Shown one piece after another: positions 48,453-61,187 of a DNA stretch of 64,000 bases. The stretch spans positions 8,923,812-8,987,811 of the forward strand of contig NC_092675.1 in assembly GCF_964355755.1 (NCBI RefSeq). Direction: 5' to 3'. The notes below the pieces were generated by a model, which was given only the letters and a program-made list of their open reading frames with translations, was not told where the DNA came from and searched no databases. This DNA is from Antedon mediterranea. Its lineage: Eukaryota; Animalia; Echinodermata. Every line of letters starts with the position of its first letter. Position 1 is the stretch's first letter. Both the position numbers and the translations under genes were made by a program.

Positions 48453-49246
48453 ATGTTTAACTTTTTTAAATTATACTAAACAATGTTTATTTTACCTTTC
48501 AATTATGTTTTTTGACAGTAACTATAAGATCTTTCTCAGTTATAATCTTGAACCGCAAGTAACCGAATGTCTACAACCGTACCAGGTTGCCTAGCCTGTG
48601 AATATCTGTTGTCGTACACCTGTTTTTATCTTTTTAATAATCCTAAAATATAGTCTCGTTTAAGTGTTTCTATTTTCCAAAAATGTGTTTATACTGTTGA
48701 TGATAGTATAAGTAAATAAATTCAAACTGTAACCGCAATTAATCGAAAGTTTTTCAACTAAACTGCATTGAAAACAACGGTTCTCGTCCGATCACTGAAG
48801 TTAAACAAGTTGTTGTTCAAAGACATGTTTGTTGTTGTATGTTGCTGCTGTGGTGACGGTACAAACGTCACTGTACTACGCGGGCGTCCACTTGTGTGCG
48901 CGTTTGATTCTTAGCAACAACGCGGCCTGAATCTTTTGTACATGCCGCTATTGTGTTATGCTTCTTTGTACAGTGTTATTGTTTCCTTTATATTATCTTT
49001 TTAAGAACCTCAGTATAACTTTTTAAATTATACTAAACAAAGTTGAATTTACCTTTCAAGTATGTGTTTCTTCAACAGAAGTGGGTGTAAATACCAACGT
49101 CATGGTTTCAGCAGCTGCTAATTTCAATCCTAGAAAATGTTCTATAATAAATGAACAAAACTATTAGATTATAGGATATATATATTTATAGAGATTTTGA
49201 CAGTGAATATAAGATGTATATATACTTGAACCGCAAGTAACCGAAC

Positions 49247-49366
49247 GTCTACAACCATACCACGTTGAAAACACCGGTTCTCGTCCGAACACCGCAGTTA
49301 AACAACGTCGGGCCTGGTTAGTACTTGGATGGGAGACCGCCTGGGAATACCTGGTGTCGTAGACCT
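49247..49366 (+). rRNA. 5S_rRNA: 5S rRNA
   Basis: full-length copy. Confidence 0.95.
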
Positions 49367-49482
49367 ATGTTTAACTTTTTTAAATTATACTAAACAATGT
49401 TTATTTTACCTTTCAATTATGTTTTTTGACAGTAACTATAAGATCTTTCTCAGTTATAATCTTGAACCGCAAGTAACCGAAT

Positions 49483-49602
49483 GTCTACAACCATACCACG
49501 TTGAAAACACCGGTTCTCGTCCGAACACCGCCGTTAAACAACGTCGGGCCTGGTTAGTACTTGGATTGTTGACCGCCTGGGAATACCTGGTGTCGTAGAC
49601 CT
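49483..49602 (+). rRNA. 5S_rRNA: 5S rRNA, likely defective (A50C,G85T,G87T,A88T)
   Basis: full-length copy with box C GGATGGGAG changed to GGATTGTTG. Confidence 0.8.
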
Positions 49603-50397
49603 ATGTTTAACTTTTTTAAATTATACTAAATAAAGTTTATTTTACCTTTCAATTATATTTTCAAGACAGTAACTATAAGATCTTTCTAAGTTCTAATCTT
49701 GAACCGCAAGTAACCGAATGTCTACAACCGTACCAGGTTGCCTAGCCTGTGAATATCTGTTGTCGTACACCTGTTTTTATCTTTTTAATAATCCTAAAAT
49801 ATAGTCTCCTTTAAGTGTTTCGATTTTCCAAAAATGTGTTTATACTGTTGATGATAGTATAAGTAAATAAATTCAAACTTTAACCGCAATTAATCGAAAG
49901 TTTTTCAACTAAACTGCATTGAAAACAACGGTTCTCGTCCGATCACTGAAGTTAAACAAGTTGTTGTTCAAAGACATGTTTGTTGTTGTATGTTGCTGCT
50001 GTGGTGACGGTACAAACGTCACTGTACTACGCGGGCGTCCACTTGTGTGCGCGTTTGATTCTTAGCAACAAAGCGGCCTGAATCTTTTGTACATGCCACT
50101 AATGTGTTATGCTTCATTGTACAGTGTTATTGTTTCCTTTATATTATCTTTTTAAGAACCTCAGTATAACTTTTTAAATTATACTAAACAAAGTTGAATT
50201 TACCTTTCAAGTATGTGTTTCTTCAACAGAAGTGGGTGTAAATACCAACGTCATGGTTTCAGCAGCTGCTAATTTCAATCCTAGAAAATGTTCTATAATA
50301 AATGAACAAAACTATTAGGTTATAGGATATATATGTTTATAGAGATTTTGACAGTGAATATAAGATGTATATATACTTGAACCGCAAGTAACCGAAC

Positions 50398-50517
50398 GTC
50401 TACAACCATACCACGTTGAAAACACCGGTTCTCGTCCGAACACCGCAGTTAAACAACGTCGGGCCTGGTTAGTACTTGGATGGGAGACCGCCTGGGAATA
50501 CCTGGTGTCGTAGACCT
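50398..50517 (+). rRNA. 5S_rRNA: 5S rRNA
   Basis: full-length copy. Confidence 0.95.
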
Positions 50518-50633
50518 ATGTTTAACTTTTTTAAATTATACTAAACAATGTTTATTTTACCTTTCAATTATGTTTTTTGACAGTAACTATAAGATCTTTC
50601 TCAGTTATAATCTTGAACCGCAAGTAACCGAAT

Positions 50634-50753
50634 GTCTACAACCATACCACGTTGAAAACACCGGTTCTCGTCCGAACACCGCAGTTAAACAACGTCGGGC
50701 CTGGTTAGTACTTGGATGGAAGACCGCCTGGGAATACCTGGTGTCGTAGACCT
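50634..50753 (+). rRNA. 5S_rRNA: 5S rRNA (G87A)
   Basis: full-length copy. Confidence 0.9.
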
Positions 50754-51485
50754 ATGTTTAACTTTTTTAAATTATACTAAACAATGTTTATTTTACCTTT
50801 CAATTATGTTTTTTGACAGTAACTATAAGTTCTTTCTCAGTTATAATCTTGAACCGCAAGTAACCGAATGTCTACAACCGTACCAGGTTGCCTAGCCTGT
50901 GAATATCTGTTGTCGTACACCTGTTTTTATCTTTTTAATAATCCTAAAATATAGTCTCGTTTAAGTGTTTCTATTTTCCAAAAATGTGTTTATACTGTTG
51001 ATGATAGTATAAGTAAATAAATTCAAACTGTAACCGCAATTAATCGAAAGTTTTTCAACTAAACTGCATTGAAAACAACGGTTCTCGTCCGATCACTGAA
51101 GTTAAACAAGTTGTTGTTCAAAGACATGTTTGTTGTTGTATGTTGCTGCTGTGGTGACGGTACAAACGTCACTGTACTACGCGGGCGTCCACTTGTGTGC
51201 GCGTTTGATTCTTAGCAACAAAGCGGCCTGAATCTTTTGTACATGCCGCTAATGTGTTATGCTTCATTGTACAGTGTTATTGTCTCCTTTATATTATCTT
51301 TTTAAGAACCTCAGTATAACTTTTTAAATTATACTAAACAAAGTTGAATTTACCTTTCAAGTATGTGTTTCTTCAACAGAAGTGGGTGTAAATATCAACG
51401 TCATGGTTTCAGCAGCTGCTAATTTCAATCCTAGAAAATGTTCTATAATAAATGAACAAAAGTATTAGGTTATAAGTAACCGAAC

Positions 51486-51605
51486 GTCTACAACCATACC
51501 ATGTTGAAAACACCGGTTCTCGTCCGAACACCGCAGTTAAACAACGTCGGGCCTCGTTAGTACTTGGATGGGAGACCGCCTGGGAATACCTGGTGTCGTA
51601 GACCT
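51486..51605 (+). rRNA. 5S_rRNA: 5S rRNA (C17T,G70C)
   Basis: full-length copy; 62-bp upstream deletion. Confidence 0.9.
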
Positions 51606-51721
51606 ATGTTTAACTTTTTTAAATTATACTAAACAATGTTTATTTTACCTTTCAATTATGTTTTTTGACAGTAACTATAAGATCTTTCTAAGTTATAATC
51701 TTGAACCGCAAGTAACCGAAC

Positions 51722-51841
51722 GTCTACAACCATACCACGTTGAAAACACCGGTTCTCGTCCGAACACCGCAGTTAAACAACGTCGGGCCTGGTTAGTACT
51801 TGGATGGGAGACCGCCTGGGAATACCTGGTGTCGTAGACCT
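51722..51841 (+). rRNA. 5S_rRNA: 5S rRNA
   Basis: full-length copy. Confidence 0.95.
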
Positions 51842-51957
51842 ATGTTTAACTTTTTTAAATTATACTAAACAATGTTTATTTTACCTTTCAATTATGTTTT
51901 TTGACAGTAACTATAAGATCTTTCTCAGTTATAATCTTGAACCGCAAGTAACCGAAT

Positions 51958-52077
51958 GTCTACAACCATACCACGTTGAAAACACCGGTTCTCGTCCGAA
52001 CACCGCAGTTAAACAACGTCGGGCCTGGTTAGTACTTGGATGGGAGACCGCCTGGGAATACCTGGTGTCGTAGACCT
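51958..52077 (+). rRNA. 5S_rRNA: 5S rRNA
   Basis: full-length copy. Confidence 0.95.
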
Positions 52078-52872
52078 ATGTTTAACTTTTTTAAATTATA
52101 CTAAATAAAGTTTATTTTACCTTTCAATTATATTTTCAAGACAGTAACTATAAGATCTTTCTAAGTTCTAATCTTGAACCGCAAGTAACCGAATGTCTAC
52201 AACCGTACCAGGTTGCCTAGCCTGTGAATATCTGTTGTCGTACACCTGTTTTTATCTTTTTAATAATCCTAAAATATAGTCTCCTTTAAGTGTTTCGATT
52301 TTCCAAAAATGTGTTTATACTGTTGATGATAGTATAAGTAAATAAATTCAAACTTTAACCGCAATTAATCGAAAGTTTTTCAACTAAACTGCATTGAAAA
52401 CAACGGTTCTCGTCCGATCACTGAAGTTAAACAAGTTGTTGTTCAAAGACATGTTTGTTGTTGTATGTTGCTGCTGTGGTGACGGTACAAACGTCACTGT
52501 ACTACGCGGGCGTCCACTTGTGTGCGCGTTTGATTCTTAGCAACAAAGCGGCCTGAATCTTTTGTACATGCCGCTAATGTGTTATGCTTCATTGTACAGT
52601 GTTATTGTTTCCTTTATATTATCTTTTTAAGAACCTCAGTATAACTTTTTAAATTATACTAAACAAAGTTGAATTTACCTTTCAAGTATGTGTTTCTTCA
52701 ACAGAAGTGGGTGTAAATACCAACGTCATGGTTTCAGCAGCTGCTAATTTCAATCCTAGAAAATGTTCTATAATAAATGAACAAAACTATTAGGTTATAG
52801 GATATATATGTTTATAGAGATTTTGACAGTGAATATAAGATGTATATATACTTGAACCGCAAGTAACCGAAC

Positions 52873-52992
52873 GTCTACAACCATACCACGTTGAAAACAC
52901 CGGTTCTCGTCCGAACACCGCAGTTAAACAACGTCGGGCCTGGTTAGTACTTGGATGGGAGACCGCCTGGGAATACCTGGTGTCGTAGACCT
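52873..52992 (+). rRNA. 5S_rRNA: 5S rRNA
   Basis: full-length copy. Confidence 0.95.
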
Positions 52993-53108
52993 ATGTTTAA
53001 CTTTTTTAAATTATACTAAAAAATGTTTATTTTACCTTTCAATTATGTTTTTTGACAGTAACTATAAGATCTTTCTCAGTTATAATCTTGAACCGCAAGT
53101 AACCGAAT

Positions 53109-53228
53109 GTCTACAACCATACCACGTTGAAAACACCGGTTCTCGTCCGAACACCGCAGTTAAACAACGTCGGGCCTGGTTAGTACTTGGATGGAAGACC
53201 GCCTGGGAATACCTGGTGTCGTAGACCT
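53109..53228 (+). rRNA. 5S_rRNA: 5S rRNA (G87A)
   Basis: full-length copy. Confidence 0.9.
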
Positions 53229-53960
53229 ATGTTTAACTTTTTTAAATTATACTAAACAATGTTTATTTTACCTTTCAATTATGTTTTTTGACAGTAACTA
53301 TAAGTTCTTTCTCAGTTATAATCTTGAACCGCAAGTAACCGAATGTCTACAACCGTACCAGGTTGCCTAGCCTGTGAATATCTGTTGTCGTACACCTGTT
53401 TTTATCTTTTTAATAATCCTAAAATATAGTCTCGTTTAAGTGTTTCTATTTTCCAAAAATGTGTTTATACTGTTGATGATAGTATAAGTGAATAAATTCA
53501 AACTGTAACCGCAATTAATCGAAAGTTTTTCAACTAAACTGCATTGAAAACAACGGTTCTCGTCCGATCACTGAAGTTAAACAAGTTGTTGTTCAAAGAC
53601 ATGTTTGTTGTTGTATGTTGCTGCTGTGGTGACGGTACAAACGTCACTGTACTACGCGGGCGTCCACTTGTGTGCGCGTTTGATTCTTAGCAACAAAGCG
53701 GCCTGAATCTTTTGTACATGCCGCTAATGTGTTATGCTTCATTGTACAGTGTTATTGTTTCCTTTATATTATCTTTTTAAGAACCTCAGTATAACTTTTT
53801 AAATTATACTAAACAAAGTTGAATTTACCTTTCAAGTATGTGTTTCTTCAACAGAAGTGGGTGTAAATATCAACGTCATGGTTTCAGCAGCTGCTAATTT
53901 CAATCCTAGAAAATGTTCTATAATAAATGAACAAAAGTATTAGGTTATAAGTAACCGAAC

Positions 53961-54080
53961 GTCTACAACCATACCATGTTGAAAACACCGGTTCTCGTCC
54001 GAACACCGCAGTTAAACAACGTCGGGCCTCGTTAGTACTTGGATGGGAGACCGCCTGGGAATACCTGGTGTCGTAGACCT
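53961..54080 (+). rRNA. 5S_rRNA: 5S rRNA (C17T,G70C)
   Basis: full-length copy; 62-bp upstream deletion. Confidence 0.9.
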
Positions 54081-54196
54081 ATGTTTAACTTTTTTAAATT
54101 ATACTAAACAATGTTTATTTTACCTTTCAATTATGTTTTTTGACAGTAACTATAAGATCTTTCTAAGTTATAATCTTGAACCGCAAGTAACCGAAC

Positions 54197-54316
54197 GTCT
54201 ACAACCATACCACGTTGAAAACACCGGTTCTCGTCCGAACACCGCAGTTAAACAACGTCGGGCCTGGTTAGTACTTGGATGGGAGACCGCCTTGGAATAC
54301 CTGGTGTCGTAGACCT
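54197..54316 (+). rRNA. 5S_rRNA: 5S rRNA (G97T)
   Basis: full-length copy. Confidence 0.9.
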
Positions 54317-54432
54317 ATGTTTAACTTTTTTAAATTATACTAAACAATGTTTATTTTACCTTTCAATTATGTTTTTTGACAGTAACTATAAGATCTTTCT
54401 AAGTTATAATCTTGAACCGCAAGTAACCGAAC

Positions 54433-54552
54433 GTCTACAACCATACCACGTTGAAAACACCGGTTCTCCTCCGAACACCGCAGTTAAACAACGTCGGGCC
54501 TGGTTAGTACTTGGATGGGAGACCGCCTGGGAATACCTGGTGTCGTAGACCT
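54433..54552 (+). rRNA. 5S_rRNA: 5S rRNA (G37C)
   Basis: full-length copy. Confidence 0.92.
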
Positions 54553-55347
54553 ATGTTTAACTTTTTTAAATTATACTAAATAAAGTTTATTTTACCTTTC
54601 AATTATATTTTCAAGACAGTAACTATAAGATCTTTCTAAGTTCTAATCTTGAACCGCAAGTAACCGAATGTCTACAACCGTACCAGGTTGCCTAGCCTGT
54701 GAATATCTGTTGTCGTACACCTGTTTTTATCTTTTTAATAATCCTAAAATATAGTCTCCTTTAAGTGTTTCGATTTTCCAAAAATGTGTTTATACTGTTG
54801 ATGATAGTATAAGTAAATAAATTCAAACTTTAACCGCAATTAATCGAAAGTTTTTCAACTAAACTGCATTGAAAACAACGGTTCTCGTCCGATCACTGAA
54901 GTTAAACAAGTTGTTGTTCAAAGACATGTTTGTTGTTGTATGTTGCTGCTGTGGTGACGGTACAAACGTCACTGTACTACGCGGGCGTCCACTTGTGTGC
55001 GCGTTTGATTCTTAGCAACAAAGCGGCCTGAATCTTTTGTACATGCCGCTAATGTGTTATGCTTCATTGTACAGTGTTATTGTTTCCTTTATATTATCTT
55101 TTTAAGAACCTCAGTATAACTTTTTAAATTATACTAAACAAAGTTGAATTTACCTTTCAAGTATGTGTTTCTTCAACAGAAGTGGGTGTAAATACCAACG
55201 TCATGGTTTCAGCAGCTGCTAATTTCAATCCTAGAAAATGTTCTATAATAAATGAACAAAACTATTAGGTTATAGGATATATATGTTTATAGAGATTTTG
55301 ACAGTGAATATAAGATGTATATATACTTGAACCGCAAGTAACCGAAC

Positions 55348-55467
55348 GTCTACAACCATACCACGTTGAAAACACCGGTTCTCGTCCGAACACCGCAGTT
55401 AAACAACGTCGGGCCTGGTTAGTACTTGGATGGGAGACCGCCTGGGAATACCTGGTGTCGTAGACCT
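55348..55467 (+). rRNA. 5S_rRNA: 5S rRNA
   Basis: full-length copy. Confidence 0.95.
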
Positions 55468-55583
55468 ATGTTTAACTTTTTTAAATTATACTAAACAATG
55501 TTTATTTTACCTTTCAATTATGTTTTTTGACAGTAACTATAAAATCTTTCTCAGTTATAATCTTGAACCGCAAGTAACCGAAT

Positions 55584-55703
55584 GTCTACAACCATACCAC
55601 GTTGAAAACACCGGTTCTCGTCCGAACACCGCAGTTAAACAACGTCGGGCCTGGTTAGTACTTGGATGGGAGACCGCCTGGGAATACCTGGTGTCGTAGA
55701 CCT
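55584..55703 (+). rRNA. 5S_rRNA: 5S rRNA
   Basis: full-length copy. Confidence 0.95.
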
Positions 55704-55820
55704 ATGTTTAACTTTTTTAAATTATACTAAATAAAGTTTATTTTACCTTTCAATTATATTTTTATGACAGTAACTATAAGATCTTTCTAAGTTATAATCT
55801 TGAACCGCAAGTAACCGAAC

Positions 55821-55940
55821 GTCTACAACCATACCACGTTGAAAACACCGGTTCTCCTCCGAACACCGCAGTTAAACAACGTCGGGCCTGGTTAGTACTT
55901 GGATGGGAGACCGCCTGGGAATACCTGGTGTCGTAGACCT
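55821..55940 (+). rRNA. 5S_rRNA: 5S rRNA (G37C)
   Basis: full-length copy. Confidence 0.92.
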
Positions 55941-56734
55941 ATGTTTAACTTTTTTAAATTATACTAAACAATGTTTATTTTACCTTTCAATTATGTTTTT
56001 TGACAGTAACTATAAGATCTTTCTCAGTTATAATCTTGAACCGCAAGTAACCGAATGTCTACAACCGTACCAGGTTCCCTAGCCTGTGAATATCTGTTGT
56101 CGTACACCTGTTTTTATCTTTTTAATAATCCTAAAATATAGTCTCGTTTAAGTGTTTCGATTTTCCAAAAATGTGTTTATACTGTTGATGATAGTATAAG
56201 TAAATAAATTCAAACTGTAACCGCAATTAATCGAAAGTTTTTCAACTAAACTGCATTGAAAACAACGGTTCTCGTCCGATCACTGAAGTTAAACAAGCTG
56301 TTGTTCAAAGACATGTTTGTTGTTGTATGTTGCTGCTGTGGTGACGGTACAAACGTCACTGTACTACGCGGGCGTCCACTTGTGTGCGCGTTTGATTCTT
56401 AGCAACAAAGCGGCCTGAATCTTTTGTACATGCCGCTAATGTGTTATGCTTCATTGTACAGTGTTATTGTTTCCTTTATATTATCTTTTTAAGAACCTCA
56501 GTATAACTTTTTAAATTATACTAAACAAAGTTGAATTTACCTTTCAAGTATGTGTTTCTTCAACAGAAGTGGGTGTAAATACCAACGTCATGGTTTCAGC
56601 AGCTGCTAATTTCAATCCTAGAAAATGTTCTATAATAAATGAACAAAACTATTAGGTTATAGGATATATATGTTTATAGAGATTTTGACAGTGAATATAA
56701 GATGTATATATACTTGAACCGCAAGTAACCGAAC

Positions 56735-56854
56735 GTCTACAACCATACCACGTTGAAAACACCGGTTCTCGTCCGAACACCGCAGTTAAACAACGTCGGG
56801 CCTGGTTAGTACTTGGATGGGAGACCGCCTGGGAATACCTGGTGTCGTAGACCT
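56735..56854 (+). rRNA. 5S_rRNA: 5S rRNA
   Basis: full-length copy. Confidence 0.95.
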
Positions 56855-56970
56855 ATGTTTAACTTTTTTAAATTATACTAAACAATGTTTATTTTACCTT
56901 TCAATTATGTTTTTTGACAGTAACTATAAGATCTTTCTCAGTTATAATCTTGAACCGCAAGTAACCGAAT

Positions 56971-57090
56971 GTCTACAACCATACCACGTTGAAAACACCG
57001 GTTCTCGTCCGAACACCGCAGTTAAACAACGTCGGGCCTGGTTAGTACTTGGATGGGAGACCGCCTGGGAATACCTGGTGTCGTAGACCT
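56971..57090 (+). rRNA. 5S_rRNA: 5S rRNA
   Basis: full-length copy. Confidence 0.95.
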
Positions 57091-57207
57091 ATGTTTAACT
57101 TTTTTAAATTATACTAAATAAAGTTTATTTTACCTTTCAATTATATTTTTATGACAGTAACTATAAGATCTTTCTAAGTTATAATCTTGAACCGCAAGTA
57201 ACCGAAC

Positions 57208-57327
57208 GTCTACAACCATACCACGTTGAAAACACCGGTTCTCCTCCGAACACCGCAGTTAAACAACGTCGGGCCTGGTTAGTACTTGGATGGGAGACCG
57301 CCTGGGAATACCTGGTGTCGTAGACCT
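57208..57327 (+). rRNA. 5S_rRNA: 5S rRNA (G37C)
   Basis: full-length copy. Confidence 0.92.
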
Positions 57328-58121
57328 ATGTTTAACTTTTTTAAATTATACTAAACAATGTTTATTTTACCTTTCAATTATGTTTTTTGACAGTAACTAT
57401 AAGATCTTTCTCAGTTATAATCTTGAACCGCAAGTAACCGAATGTCTACAACCGTACCAGGTTCCCTAGCCTGTGAATATCTGTTGTCGTACACCTGTTT
57501 TTATCTTTTTAATAATCCTAAAATATAGTCTCGTTTAAGTGTTTCGATTTTCCAAAAATGTGTTTATACTGTTGATGATAGTATAAGTAAATAAATTCAA
57601 ACTGTAACCGCAATTAATCGAAAGTTTTTCAACTAAACTGCATTGAAAACAACGGTTCTCGTCCGATCACTGAAGTTAAACAAGCTGTTGTTCAAAGACA
57701 TGTTTGTTGTTGTATGTTGCTGCTGTGGTGACGGTACAAACGTCACTGTACTACGCGGGCGTCCACTTGTGTGCGCGTTTGATTCTTAGCAACAAAGCGG
57801 CCTGAATCTTTTGTACATGCCGCTAATGTGTTATGCTTCATTGTACAGTGTTATTGTTTCCTTTATATTATCTTTTTAAGAACCTCAGTATAACTTTTTA
57901 AATTATACTAAACAAAGTTGAATTTACCTTTCAAGTATGTGTTTCTTCAACAGAAGTGGGTGTAAATACCAACGTCATGGTTTCAGCAGCTGCTAATTTC
58001 AATCCTAGAAAATGTTCTATAATAAATGAACAAAACTATTAGGTTATAGGATATATATGTTTATAGAGATTTTGACAGTGAATATAAGATGTATATATAC
58101 TTGAACCGCAAGTAACCGAAC

Positions 58122-58241
58122 GTCTACAACCATACCACGTTGAAAACACCGGTTCTCGTCCGAACACCGCAGTTAAACAACGTCGGGCCTGGTTAGTACT
58201 TGGATGGGAGACCGCCTGGGAATACCTGGTGTCGTAGACCT
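58122..58241 (+). rRNA. 5S_rRNA: 5S rRNA
   Basis: full-length copy. Confidence 0.95.
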
Positions 58242-58357
58242 ATGTTTAACTTTTTTAAATTATACTAAACAATGTTTATTTTACCTTTCAATTATGTTTT
58301 TTGACAGTAACTATAAGATCTTTCTCAGTTATAATCTTGAACCGCAAGTAACCGAAT

Positions 58358-58477
58358 GTCTACAACCATACCACGTTGAAAACACCGGTTCTCGTCCGAA
58401 CACCGCAGTTAAACAACGTCGGGCCTGGTTAGTACTTGGATGGAAGACCGCCTGGGAATACCTGGTGTCGTAGACCT
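58358..58477 (+). rRNA. 5S_rRNA: 5S rRNA (G87A)
   Basis: full-length copy. Confidence 0.9.
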
Positions 58478-59209
58478 ATGTTTAACTTTTTTAAATTATA
58501 CTAAACAATGTTTATTTTACCTTTCAATTATGTTTTTTGACAGTAACTATAAGTTCTTTCTCAGTTATAATCTTGAACCGCAAGTAACCGAATGTCTACA
58601 ACCGTACCAGGTTGCCTAGCCTGTGAATATCTGTTGTCGTACACCTGTTTTTATCTTTTTAATAATCCTAAAATATAGTCTCGTTTAAGTGTTTCTATTT
58701 TCCAAAAATGTGTTTATACTGTTGATGATAGTATAAGTAAATAAATTCAAACTGTAACCGCAATTAATCGAAAGTTTTTCAACTAAACTGCATTGAAAAC
58801 AACGGTTCTCGTCCGATCACTGAAGTTAAACAAGTTGTTGTTCAAAGACATGTTTGTTGTTGTATGTTGCTGCTGTGGTGACGGTACAAACGTCACTGTA
58901 CTACGCGGGCGTCCACTTGTGTGCGCGTTTGATTCTTAGCAACAAAGCGGCCTGAATCTTTTGTACATGCCGCTAATGTGTTATGCTTCATTGTACAGTG
59001 TTATTGTTTCCTTTATATTATCTTTTTAAGAACCTCAGTATAACTTTTTAAATTATACTAAACAAAGTTGAATTTACCTTTCAAGTATGTGTTTCTTCAA
59101 CAGAAGTGGGTGTAAATATCAACGTCATGGTTTCAGCAGCTGCTAATTTCAATCCTAGAAAATGTTCTATAATAAATGAACAAAAGTATTAGGTTATAAG
59201 TAACCGAAC

Positions 59210-59329
59210 GTCTACAACCATACCATGTTGAAAACACCGGTTCTCGTCCGAACACCGCAGTTAAACAACGTCGGGCCTCGTTAGTACTTGGATGGGAGAC
59301 CGCCTGGGAATACCTGGTGTCGTAGACCT
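59210..59329 (+). rRNA. 5S_rRNA: 5S rRNA (C17T,G70C)
   Basis: full-length copy; 62-bp upstream deletion. Confidence 0.9.
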
Positions 59330-59445
59330 ATGTTTAACTTTTTTAAATTATACTAAACAATGTTTATTTTACCTTTCAATTATGTTTTTTGACAGTAACT
59401 ATAAGATCTTTCTAAGTTATAATCTTGAACCGCAAGTAACCGAAC

Positions 59446-59565
59446 GTCTACAACCATACCACGTTGAAAACACCGGTTCTCGTCCGAACACCGCAGTTAA
59501 ACAACGTCGGGCCTGGTTAGTACTTGGATGGGAGACCGCCTGGGAATACCTGGTGTCGTAGACCT
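59446..59565 (+). rRNA. 5S_rRNA: 5S rRNA
   Basis: full-length copy. Confidence 0.95.
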
Positions 59566-59681
59566 ATGTTTAACTTTTTTAAATTATACTAAACAATGTT
59601 TATTTTACCTTTCAATTATGTTTTTTGACAGTAACTATAAGATCTTTCTAAGTTATAATCTTGAACCGCAAGTAACCGAAC

Positions 59682-59801
59682 GTCTACAACCATACCACGT
59701 TGAAAACACCGGTTCTCGTCCGAACACCGCAGTTAAACAACGTCGGGCCTGGTTAGTACTTGGATGGGAGACCGCCTGGGAATACCTGGTGTCGTAGACC
59801 T
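59682..59801 (+). rRNA. 5S_rRNA: 5S rRNA
   Basis: full-length copy. Confidence 0.95.
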
Positions 59802-59917
59802 ATGTTTAACTTTTTTAAATTATACTAAACAATGTTTATTTTACCTTTCAATTATGTTTTTTGACAGTAACTATAAGATCTTTCTCAGTTATAATCTTGA
59901 ACCGCAAGGAACCGAAT

Positions 59918-60037
59918 GTCTACAACCATACCACGTTGAAAACACCGGTTCTCGTCCGAACACCGCAGTTAAACAACGTCGGGCCTGGTTAGTACTTGGA
60001 TGGGAGACCGCCTGGGAATACCTGGTGTCGTAGACCT
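59918..60037 (+). rRNA. 5S_rRNA: 5S rRNA
   Basis: full-length copy. Confidence 0.95.
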
Positions 60038-60831
60038 ATGTTTAACTTTTTTAAATTATACTAAACAATGTTTATTTTACCTTTCAATTATGTTTTTTGA
60101 CAGTAACTATAAGATCTTTCTCAGTTATAATCTTGAACCGCAAGTAACCGAATGTCTACAACCGTACCAGGTTGCCTAGCCTGTGAATATCTGTTGTCGT
60201 ACACCTGTTTTTATCTTTTTAATAATCCTAAAATATAGTCTCGTTTAAGTGTTTCTATTTTCCAAAAATGTGTTTATACTGTTGATGATAGTATAAGTAA
60301 ATAAATTCAAACTGTAACCGCAATTAATCGAAAGTTTTTCAACTAAACTGCATTGAAAACAACGGTTCTCGTCCGATCACTGAAGTTAAACAAGTTGTTG
60401 TTCAAAGACATGTTTGTTGTTGTATGTTGCTGCTGTGGTGACGGTACAAACGTCACTGTACTACGCGGGCGTCCACTTGTGTGCGCGTTTGATTCTTAGC
60501 AACAACGCGGCCTGAATCTTTTGTACATGCCGCTAGTGTGTTATGCTTCTTTGTACAGTGTTATTGTTTCCTTTATATTATCTTTTTAAGAACCTCAGTA
60601 TAACTTTTTAAATTATACTAAACAAAGTTGAATTTACCTTTCAAGTATGTGTTTCTTCAACAGAAGTGGGTGTAAATACCAACGTCATGGTTTCAGCAGC
60701 TGCTAATTTCAATCCTAGAAAATGTTCTATAATAAATGAACAAAACTATTAGATTATAGGATATATATATTTATAGAGATTTTGACAGTGAATATAAGAT
60801 GTATATATACTTGAACCGCAAGTAACCGAAC

Positions 60832-60951
60832 GTCTACAACCATACCACGTTGAAAACACCGGTTCTCGTCCGAACACCGCAGTTAAACAACGTCGGGCCT
60901 GGTTAGTACTTGGATGGGAGACCGCCTGGGAATACCTGGTGTCGTAGACCT
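60832..60951 (+). rRNA. 5S_rRNA: 5S rRNA
   Basis: full-length copy. Confidence 0.95.
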
Positions 60952-61067
60952 ATGTTTAACTTTTTTAAATTATACTAAACAATGTTTATTTTACCTTTCA
61001 ATTATGTTTTTTGACAGTAACTATAAGATCTTTCTAAGTTATAATCTTGAACCGCAAGTAACCGAAT

Positions 61068-61187
61068 GTCTACAACCATACCACGTTGAAAACACCGGTT
61101 CTCGTCCGAACACCGCAGTTAAACAACGTCGGGCCTGGTTAGTACTTGGATGGGAGACCGCCTGGGAATACCTGGTGTCGTAGACCT
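61068..61187 (+). rRNA. 5S_rRNA: 5S rRNA
   Basis: full-length copy. Confidence 0.95.
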
